64,000 nt of DNA from Geosiphon pyriformis uo1 (Eukaryota; Fungi; Glomeromycota), in contig JAAOMT010000772.1 in the NCBI GenBank assembly GCA_016748015.1, positions 3,541 through 67,540 on the forward strand, written 5' to 3'. Shown here in pieces: positions 53,520-64,000 of the stretch (position 1 is the stretch's first letter; each line of letters starts with the position of its first letter). The notes under the pieces are model-generated. The model searched no databases. It saw only the letters and a program-made list of their open reading frames with translations, and was not told the origin of the DNA. A program made the translations under genes and the position numbers.

Positions 53520-56500
53520 GTGGTGACTATTAGAACAATAGGAAAGAACCACTCTTCATACGGAAAAGCACTATTTCAATACTTTCGAAAAGACTTAAGA
53601 ATACCAGCAAAAACTGCTTATGCAGAAAGTAATTTTTGTAACTATATTAATGCAAAAATTGACTGCTTGTTAGACCACGCAACTAATACAAAAAAACTTG
53701 GAGAACAAATCCATCAAAGCTTACTAGGGTGCTCAACAGCCACAATTACCTGAGCAATCACTAAAACTCTGCACATAATCGATACAGACATTAAATATTA
53801 TATGGCACAATGATTTTCTCAAGTACAACAACCAGTGGAATCCAATCCTGAGGAATACAAAAATGAATCCAACAATCCCGTAACTGCCCAAGCCAAGTCC
53901 ATGGTTAACAAGAAACCAAAAGTCCTCTCTCCAACAACTCCATCATACTATCAGACATTTCAAAGTAGAATTGTATTCAACCCACCTCCAGAAATCCAGT
54001 CAGAAACACCATAAACTCCTGGAAATCCACACTCTTGGAATCAACACAGTTGGACCAAATCACTAGGAGAATACAGATCACTGTTTGGAAATCTTATCCC
54101 AGCAGCTGGTCAAACAGAAGGAAACCTGTCAACTTGGGAACAGCCACCAGCACAAAACCTAGCAGAATCAGCATCTCTCCTGACAAAAGAAACAGCTATT
54201 TTACAACTTATTGGTTCAAGCGACAAAGGAAAGCAACCAGCATTAGCACCCAGAGAACACTCAAATACATGGACACCAATCCCTTTAAACATAACCAGTA
54301 ACACCCCATCCATTAACCAGATTATGGCTTATCAGAATATTGCTAAATTGGAAAAATTTTCTGGTGAAGAAGATAATGCATATTCTTGGATCACAGACAC
54401 CGAGAAAGCAATTACTGCTAACAGTTGGAATGATGACCACACAATTCAGGCACTGCCATTTTTTCTGACTGGAACTGCTAATTCATGGTACCAGAGTCTG
54501 GCAGAGAAGCCTATCTCCTTTACCAAGTTTAAACTCGCATTTCTGCAATACTTCTGTGACTCCAATACATTAATTTGATTGCAGAATCAATTCAGCATAA
54601 TTAAACAAAAAGATCACAAAGCAGTAACTACTTATCTTGGACAATTCAATCAAATCCTGCATCAAATATTAGCTATTGAAAGGAACTACTATACTGCGGT
54701 GCAAGTTCTTAATCAATTTATTAAAGAATTGTGGAGTAGTATTCTAAGATCCATAAGACCCCGCCATCCAACCAGTTTACAAGACGCCGTCATTCTCGCT
54801 CGCGATTTTAAGTCTGCAGAACAAAAAGCAAACCATACCCAAGCCGTTAATTTAGCCATTAATGGAACCTCTGACATTGACACAAAGATAACCCAATTGA
54901 GTGAGAAACTAACTCAGAAAATTAAGGGATTCTTAGCTGGAACTACAGGAACTTACCAACCACCCCAATGGAGAAAAAATAACAACAACAGCAGATACCC
55001 ACAGCAACAGAACTGTCAACAACAGCAACAACTTTGGAGATCCGATCTCTGCAACTATTACTACTGCCAGAAACCTGGACATATCGCCCATGACTGCAGA
55101 AGGAAGATCATGGACCAAAATCAAGGAAACCTATACCAGCAACCCAGATATCAGCAAAACATGGTACCCCAATATTCCATATCTTAGAATCAACTATCCC
55201 TATATATACAACAAGTCCCGTACACTCAACCACTGTCCCAGAATTATTATCAACTACCACCAAGGACACAAGCAATCCCTCACTATCAAACTTCCCCTTA
55301 CAGTCTGTCCAGACCTCAAGCTATAGACTATAATCAGGGATGGAGGAATCCCAACAACAATCAGGTGCAAACCAACAGTGGACTATCTTGACTAATCCCT
55401 CGCAGTCCTGCCCAATCTCAATCAATACCAATTGAATACCCAAATCAAGCCTTCTATCTTGGTTTTACAGAAGACCAGAGTTTTGATAAATCTACACCTG
55501 TAGAAAGGGGGGATATAGAACAAATCTCCCAACCTTCCAAGCAAACAAAAAGCAATATTCCACCAGCCACTATTACTGAAGACATCACCCTAGCTGCCAT
55601 ATTTCCTTTTGACATCGATAATTTGAACACCCATAGTCTTTTTAGTGGAGCAGCCATCAATCAGAATAAACCAATAATGGCCCTATACACCAATGCCAGA
55701 GTCGGAGGAATAGACATTAAATTAATTCTGGATAGTGGATCAGCCAGTAGTATAATCATGAAGCAGTTCATGGACCAACTAGATCGCCAAGTAGACCGTG
55801 CTGCTACCGCCCGGATTATTACAGCAGATAGAAACACAAAAACCCCAATAGGAGAAATTGACAACTTCCTCTTCAAGATTAATGGAATCCAAATCCCTAC
55901 CAAAGTACTCATCATGGAAGCTACTTAATATCAAGCTCTAGTAAAAAATGACTGGTTGTCAAAAGCCAACATTACTCTCGACTGGAACACCCAAGAACTT
56001 CAACTCACGTTCAATGAACAGCATGCCCGAGTCCCAACTACATGTGAACACTTTAAAACCCAATGTACCAAGAAACCCCTTATTGAATTCGAAGACACAT
56101 CAATGCCACCAACTATCGAGACCTATCAGATTTCATGGATGAATGATTATCAAACTGAACTACCCCCACCACCAACCTGGGAAGAAAAAAGAAAAGGCAG
56201 AGCCAAAGAATAATCCCAATTGTTATCACTAGAATACATAATCTCAGACTAAAGAAACTTATTTTACCAACCCCCAAGACTAATATGTGTCAATTGTGGA
56301 AAAAAATTATCTACTATGGATACATATATCGAGGACAATGAAAAATGGCCCACCACCACCAAATACTATTGCAGACCTTGTTTATTGGAAAGATTTGGAT
56401 GACCAAAACAACAAGGCAAGTGGGACAACACACCATGCCTTGCATATGGCAAAATCCTGCCAGATGAAGGACTCTGGAATGATGTGCCTGGCAGAGGAGG

Positions 56501-59306
56501 AACATGCAATGAGACTTGTCATTACACCATATTAATCAATGATTGGGTATGAAAGGGAACCCCTATTGAAGATGCTTGGAAATGAGCACTCAATAGGCTG
56601 GATGGTTATCCACACAATGACCACAAAATCTGGCAAATAGTAAGCGCCAAGGCCGAAGATGCCACACCCGAAGAAATACGAGAAATCAAGGACAACCCTT
56701 GGATGCCCAAATATAATGGACCTGACTACCCCGAGAATGATTTCTTCACAGATAACCCAGATGCATTTCAGAACTAATATTAGGAATTGGCCCCAACTCA
56801 TGAAGAACAGAAGCAAAGATTGGCCAATTTGAATACCAAACTGTGTGATCACTGTTTGATTCCCTGTCACTTCCAGTACTGCAACAAATGTGATCTTATG
56901 TTCAATCTGCCTTCAAGAATACTGTTTCCAATTACTGAACTACCTGAGTCCGAAGAAGAGGTATTGATCACCAAAGACATGTCATTTCAAGATCCAACTA
57001 AGGATACCAAAACAGAACAGTATCTCGTATATCTCAACCTATTCAAAGAACTAGAGCTAAAATGGTACAGTGACAACGAGGAAGGAATCTGCCCTGAAAG
57101 AGCGCATGACACTGATGCTGATTTCGACCTATGATACCCTGGACAATCACCCATCATTATAGCCTCACATTCTTTCATAAAAATAGATCTTAAGATAGTG
57201 TTAGAAATTTCTGTTAGTACAATGGTACAAGTTGCCTCTCAATCTAGTCTAGCCAAGAAAGGAATTGACATAAAAGAAGAAATCATCGATGCCGGTTACA
57301 TGGAAAACATCATCGTAATACTACAGAACAATTCAAACAGACCCTACAAAATAGAATCACAAGAAAAGATTGCCCAAGCTATCTTCCTACCTCTAGTCAA
57401 AATACTTCAATTAACCCCAGTAACAACCCGAGAAGAGTTAGGTCTCACTGCCCGAGGAATCAACGGGTTTGGATCAAGTGGAAGAGGAAACATACCAGTT
57501 AATTTCACAGAGGAAGACAACCAGATAGAATTTATCAATACCGACATTATCATCTCTATTCCCTCATACCAACAATACATCCTCAAGGTGAATCGAAAGA
57601 TCCAAGATCAAGTCCTGTTATTTGAAGCCAGTCCCAAAATCTGTTTCCTAACCAATGTTGCTAATCTATACCTACCAGCCAAAGCCTATAAACACTTCAA
57701 AATTCCCATCCACAACCTGACAGAAGATGTCATTGAAATCCCTAGAGAGACCCTCATCAGTTTCATATCCACAAATATTCAGAATCTTGAAAAACCTCAG
57801 TCTATTCCAGATTTTACATAATTATTCTTATTCTGTGACATTACCTTACAAGTATGGAATTTGCCAAAAAAAAATTACTTGTTCACACCAGAAGAGATCA
57901 ATAAATTGAATTTAGGAAATTTAAGTACCCTGCAACAAATACAACTCAAAGTCCTTCTGAATCAGTATGCCGATGTCTTTGCCAGTAAAAATAAGTTTGA
58001 ACACACCAACATTGTGAAGCATCAGATTGATACGGGAGATACTCAACTGATTAAGCAACAAGCTTACCATGTACCCCCATCTGGCGATAACCTAATTAAG
58101 CAAGAAGTGCAACGGATGCTTGATAATGGCCTAATCAAAAAATTGTTAAGCCCTTGGTCCTCGCCAGTAGTCTTGGTTACCAAGAAAAATGGAAAAGTGC
58201 AATTCTGCATAGATTATTGAAAACTAAATAGCATCACACAAGGAGATAGTTATCCCACTCCCCTCATCCAGGAAATTCTGGACAATCTAGGGAAAAAGAA
58301 ATGGTTTTTGTTATTAGATTTAGCAAGTGGTTACTGACAAGTTAAAATGGATCCCAAAGACAAAAGAAAAACAGCATTTACTACTCGAGACAGAAACTTC
58401 AAGTTTAATATAATGCCTTTTGGACTTTATAATGCTCCTGCCACGTTTCAATGCCTGATGGATGTAGTATACAAAGGAATCCTTTGGAAATCAGTAGTAG
58501 TCTACCTAAATGACACAAACATGTTTTCCAAAACATTTGAAGACCATCTGTTCTACCTGCAACAAGTCTTCGAATGCCTTTATAGTGCTGGATTGAAACT
58601 CAATCCTGAGAAGTGCTTTTTTGGAAAAACCAAGTTAAAATTCTTAGGACATGTAATCGACAAAAATGGAGTTAAACCTGATTCAAATAAAGTACAAAAA
58701 GTCAAGGATTTTCCAGCCCCAATCAACCTCAAAGAATTATGAAGATTTTTAGGATTGGCAGGATATTATCATTGATTTGTCAAAAATTTCTCAAACATTG
58801 CAAAACCACTCCATCAATTGTTGTCCAAATACGTACTATACTTGTGGAAAAAAAATTAACAGAAAGCATTCGACTATCTCAAACAGCGATTGATCACATT
58901 CCCAATCCTGATTTATCCAGATTTCACTAAACAGTTCATTGTCACTACAGATGCCTCAAAAAATGCTCTAGGAGCAGTCTTATTACAGATAGGACTAGAC
59001 AATAGAGAACACTCAGTTGCCTACACTAGTTGCAGCACTAGCTCAGCAGAAAAAAATTACAGCACAACAGATCTGGAATGTTTCGCCATTTATTGGGCCA
59101 TACAAACTTAGAAACATTACCTCAGTCAACCATTTGACCTATATACCGACCACAAAAGACTTATTTGGTTACTCAACAATCCACAACTAGAAGAAAAATA
59201 TGTGAGATGGAGTACTTATCTGCAACAATTCCCACTCAAAGTTCATTACAAGAAAAGATCCAAGAACACCAATGCTAACAGTTTATTAAGAATGCCACAA
59301 ACTTAA
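53520..59306 (+). pseudogene. A1 gag-PR-Cys-rich-dUTPase-RT-RNase H, one frame of ~1929 codons broken only by stop codons
   Basis: ORF pieces at 53520, 54324, 54579, 55623, 55956, 56787, 57198, 57861, 58347 and 58890 are all in one frame. LEKFSG; YYYCQKPGHIAHDC; LILDSGSASSII; dUTPase motifs; PWSSPVVLV; MPFGLYNAPATFQ; YLND; VTTDASK. Confidence 0.95.
57060..57483 (+). pseudogene. dut: Trimeric-type dUTPase domain within the A1 polyprotein
   Basis: Motifs 1-5: DADFDL, SQSSLA, IIDAGY, KIAQ, RGINGFGSSG. The C2 copy retains RSSLASKG and GGVIDAGYTG. Confidence 0.93.
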
Positions 59307-59316
59307 TCCCAGACCC

Positions 59317-60097
59317 ATGAACACACTTACTTATTAACGACTATATCAGTACCTATCGACATTACATTTCAAGGAGATATTATCTTAACAGGAACAGAGT
59401 ATCATATGAAAACAAGCCCGAAATTATTTTATTCAAGACAACCAACTATATCGACGAGAATGCTGAAACCACCCCAACCCACAACAACTAATCAAGTACA
59501 ATGAAAGAGAAACTATACTATATAGCGTGCACTCAGATCCGACTGCAAGACACTTTAACAAAGACACTACCCTCGAAAAAACACTAAACTTATACTATTG
59601 GCCAATAATGTACAAAGACATTTTCAAATACATACTCAATTGTGACACATGCCAGCAAAGAGGAGAAGCAAGATCAACAGAACCACTTCGACCCATTCTA
59701 GTTGGAAATCCATTTGATAGAATCGGGATCAATTTGGTTGGACCTTTTTCAATTACATTCCAAGGAAATCGTTATATCACTGTAGCTGTAGACTATCTTA
59801 CAAAATAGCCAGAAGCCAGAGCAATTCAAGTGGCCAATGCCAAAACAGTCGCCGAATTTGTGCATCAAGATCTAATTTGCCAACATAGATGTCTAAAAGA
59901 ATTATTATCTGATCAGAGAACACACTTTGTTAATAATACATTGACTGAACTAAGCCAACAGTTTGGAATAAAGAGACTCTTATTGTCACTATACCACCCA
60001 CAAACAAACGGACTAGTAGAACGATTTAACAGAACACTATATAAAGCACTAGCAAAAATAAGTCATGAAAACAAACAAGAATGGGACTTATTCATAC
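59317..60097 (+). pseudogene. A1 integrase (separate +1 frame), truncated by C2 insertion
   Basis: HSDPTARHF..CDTC, IGINLVGP, VDYLTK, LLSDQRTHF, QTNGLVERFNRTL. Confidence 0.92.
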
Positions 60098-63000
60098 TGT
60101 TACCAGTAGAATTTTAGCTATTAATTAGCATGAAATTACCCTTATAATTCCTATAATTCATTAGTATATTAATATCATTTCAAATTATCATTTATTATCT
60201 AATCAATTATCACATATCACGATTCAATTAAAATAATTTAATTAGTATAACAGAAAGTAAGATAATCAAATTACACAATACCCTGAACTTTGTAACATTC
60301 AAAAATTTGCTGAAATTTACAGAAATTTGCCAAAATTTATAAGAAATTTGCCGAAATTTACAGAAATTTGCCGAAATTATGAATAGTTCACCCAAATTAA
60401 TTAATAGTTCAGCAAAATAACTTGTAGTTCATCAAAATGTATCTTTAGTTCGCCGAAATTTGAGCAAAGAAAAAAAGTGCAAGTTCATAAACTAGTACTA
60501 CAACAAGTTATATAAAAGAAGAGCTTTTCTCTTCTGGAAAATATATCTTACTTTAGATTTATCTAAGATGTGTATAAGAGACAGGTCTAAATACTCTTTT
60601 GACTTTGAATCAGAGACAGAAACAAGCAACAAAAACAAACAAAGATTGAAGCAATACTCAAGAACCACTCCAAACACTCCAACACTACAAAAGACAACTG
60701 CCAAACACTTGCAAACACCTAAACAAGGAACCAGTGTCAAATTACTACTTTCTATTACACCATTTCCAATTTCACTTGTTCAACTACAAACACCAAGTTT
60801 ACCACTTAGCCATTTCTCCAGACCAGAAGATTTTCAGTCACTTAAAAATCCTACTCAACAGCAGGAACCAATATCAACAAGTGCCAATATCATTGATTAC
60901 TTACAGGAAAACGAAAGTAATCACTCAGAAAGCTTAGAAAGTGAAGAAACTGAATCAGAACCAGAAGAAATTACAGAAAATGAAGAAGAAATGACAACTG
61001 TTTATATTGCAAAAATCCCAGAATTCACTGGTGAAGACAATGATATCAGTCTTCAAGAATGGCTTGACAAGGTTCAAAAAGCAGGAGATGCAAATGGTTG
61101 GATTGCAGCAAGAATGCTCAAAGCAATTCCTTACTTTCTCCAAGGAACAGCAGGAGAATGGTTTGAAAATTTAGAAGAACCATTTGAAAACTGGCAAGCA
61201 TTCAAAGATGCTTTTCTACAACAATTTACCAACAACAATATTTCTATTACTTTCAGAAACCACTTTTACAATATCAAACAAGAAACATCTGAATCTGTTA
61301 TGACCTATCTTGGAAGATTTAACAAACTTCTCAGACAAATCTGACAATTGGAAACCAATGACTACTATTCTGATGCTCAAATTCTGGATCAGTTTATAGC
61401 AGGGTTAAAAGACAAACTGATTAAGAAAGTCTGTTCACATGTTCCAGCAGACTTAGCAACTGCTATTAGACATGCAAAGAGCTATGAAATGGCAATGGAA
61501 GAAGCAAATCACATCAAGCTTGTAAATCTTGCAATTGGAGAAACCAGCTCAGCAGCTGAAAAAAAGATAGACCAACTCACAAGGAAAGTTGAAAGCTATT
61601 TTACAAACCAATAACAACAGCAGCAACAACCACAAAGATATCAACTACTACAACGATGCAACCAAAACAATTTTGGATTACCATCCAACAACCAATCTCA
61701 AAATTGTCATTATTGTGGAATTCCAGGACACTAGAAACGAGATTGTAGAAAATTACAAAGAGACCAACAAAACAGGAGTAATTAACGTTACTCTTTACTA
61801 CAACAATCTTATTACCAATCTCCACCACCAACCTATTATTTACCAAGACCACAAAATCAAAACTACTATCCACCAGCTCCACAATCAATACAGCAACAAT
61901 ATCAGCAACTTTTATCAATTCAGCCATATCAGACACCACTCACTCAACAATATCAAGTATCAGCAAGAAGATTGGTTTAACATAACCAATTCACACCCCA
62001 AAATCAATTGCAGAATAACCACAATAGAATCAATCCAAATAACCAGTTGGTTCCCTGAAATTCGGGTCAGCAAAGACCCAATCACTATCACACTCAATTC
62101 AGTTATCTTACAATACCAGAGGAATCGGATTTTCAACAAATTGCACTTTCTGAAAATGAAGTTGCAGTGCTAAGATCAAATCCTTCCAACCACACCATTC
62201 TACCAGCTCAAATTGCCCAAAATGCTAATCTGTCAGATATATTTCCATTTGAATTTGAAGCAAATGAATTACCATTTCTGCTTAGTAATGCAGCAGTCAA
62301 TGAACAAAAAGCAATTACTGCTATGTACACAGAAACTATAGTAGAAAGAAAACCCATTCACTTAATCTTAGATAGTGAATCAGCTAGAAGTATCATCACT
62401 TACCAGCTGATACAACAATTCAAACCAAACGTAGACAGACCAGCTCAAACAGTTATTGTCACAGCTGATGGTATAAAAAAGACTCCATTAGAAGAAATTG
62501 ATGATTTCCCTTTTTCAATTGATGGAATCACCATTCCAGTTAAAATTCTTGTTATGGATGCACCCCAATATCAAGCTCTAGTCAGAAATGATTGGCTTTT
62601 CAAGGCCAATGCAAACCTGAACTGGGAAACTTAAGAACTTAAAATCTTATACCAAGGACAATATACCATAGTACCTGCAACCTGTGGTACCTTTAACAAA
62701 CGATTAGAAAAAGCTCCAGTATTTGAATTTGAAGAGAAGAAAGAAATGCCACTTATTAAAATCTACATGGCTCTTGGATCAACATCCAATTGGGCTGAAG
62801 AAACTGAACAAGAGATTTTTGAAGAATCAAGAGGATAAAAGAAAGTTAGATATTCTACACCAGAACCATGAAAACAATCACCCTATATTCCACTCAAATG
62901 CAAAGATTGCAACAAAAAACTTTTATCAATAAGAGCATGTATTTCTTCAGAAGAGGAATATAAAACTTGTACCTATTACTTTTGCAAAACATGCCATAGA

Positions 63001-64000
63001 GAACGATTTGGATTTCCAAAAAGAAGTGGAAAATGGGACAACACACCTTGCCTTACATGTGAAGAAATGCTACCAGAAGAATGCAATTGGATTGATGTAG
63101 CAATGAGAAGAGGAGTATGTGATCAAACCTGTCAATATGCTCTATCAATTTCGGAAAAAGTCAGAAAAGGAACACTATTTGATGCAGCATACAACAGTGC
63201 TTTCAATAAACTTTACCACTACCCTCATGATGCTGAAATGATTTTTGACTTAGCAATGGCATTGATCAATAGAGCCACCCAAGAAGATGTCCACCAAATA
63301 AAAGAAACTGAATATATTGAGTATACCATGGAATTAGCTGGATTTGATTATAAAGATGAAGTAGAAACCTACCACCAAATTACAAGCCACACATATCCGA
63401 CCAAAGAAGCTCAAATTCAATGATTAGAGCAAATGAACATTCAATTGTGTGAAGAATGTGTTATGCCTTGTGATGACCAATGGTGTTTAGAATGTTATGC
63501 TCTTAGCATTCCTCTGCCAGATGAGAATGATGAAAATAAAATCGAATTTGGAGTATTTGAACTAGTAGAAGAACTACCAACCACTCCCATCTATCTTCTT
63601 GAAAAGCAACCACCTTTACAACTTAAATATTTTGACAACCATGGCCAAGAAATCAGACCAGAAAAAGCACACGAAATTGATGCTGGATATAACCTAAGAT
63701 ACCCAAGAAAAGATACTTTGATTCTCCAACCAAAGTCTTTGACAAAAATCAATCTCAAAATTGCTCTTGAAATTCCACCAGGAGCAATGGTTCAAATTGC
63801 CTCCAGATCATCATTGGCAAGCAAAGGAATCAATATTAGAGGAGGAGTTATAGATGCAGGATATACTGGAGACATTACCATCATGTTACAGAATGAGACA
63901 AACAAACTATTTAAAATTGAACATGCTGAAAAAATTGCTCAAGCAATTTACTTATCTTTAATCAACATTTCGGGTTTACAATCAGTAAACAACAAAAAAC
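60098..64000 (+). mobile_element. Ty3/gypsy element C2 (partial LTR, gag, PR, Cys-rich region, dUTPase; continues beyond window)
   Basis: Starts TGTTACCAG and is homologous to the rc of C1. ORFs 60568, 61348, 62167 and 63067 share one frame. LTR 3' half, PBS and gag N-terminus are missing at an adapter junction. Confidence 0.93.
60566..60584 (+). other. Tn5/Nextera mosaic end (library adapter contamination)
   Basis: Exact AGATGTGTATAAGAGACAG, giving the artefact peptide MCIRDR, precisely at an LTR/gag discontinuity. Confidence 0.97.

Larger units (their letters stand above)
52375..60097 (+). mobile_element. Ty3/gypsy element A1 (5' LTR to mid-integrase; interrupted by C2)
   Basis: LTR 52375-53457; PBS TGGTGCTTTCTGTGAGGTT at 53460-53478, resembling an elongator tRNA-Met 3' end (tentative); full internal region. 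Confidence 0.95.

Noticed and set aside
53520-59306. Alternative genetic code or programmed readthrough explaining the in-frame stops
   Set aside because: TGA, TAA and TAG all occur, at different positions in different copies, each one transition from a sense codon, alongside D>N catalytic losses.
60568-61344. 258-aa ORF starting MCIRDR as a real gene or natural LTR-gag fusion
   Set aside because: The start comes from the Tn5 mosaic end; the rest is Ty3 gag.

Overview
AT-rich eukaryotic DNA, probably fungal; the element proteins recall Glomeromycotina/Geosiphon-type repeats, but that is my recollection and is unverified. About 90% of the window is nested, transition-eroded transposons. One intact host ORF lies at 3018-3785. 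Elements in order: (1) an ORF1-only, LINE-tailed (HAL1-like) element at about 6975-14235, split by an intron-containing hAT transposon (7893-11264, 8-bp TSD) and a 5'-truncated LINE (11711-13257). (2) A full-length LINE (14993-21535, 15-bp TSD) with an RRM/CCHC ORF1 and an APE-RT-RNaseH-CCHC ORF2. (3) Two older LINEs, one carrying a solo LTR and a 1.47-kb inversion. (4) A stack of three Ty3/gypsy families (here A, B, C) from 30904 to the window end. The Ty3 families share an unusual layout: one gag-PR-[Cys-rich domain]-dUTPase-RT-RH frame, a separately initiated integrase ORF, an extra 3' ORF, 4-bp TSDs, and a U5 segment complementary to their own PBS. All repeats carry strand-symmetric C>T/G>A hypermutation. 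A Nextera/Tn5 mosaic end at 60566-60584 marks an assembly artefact.
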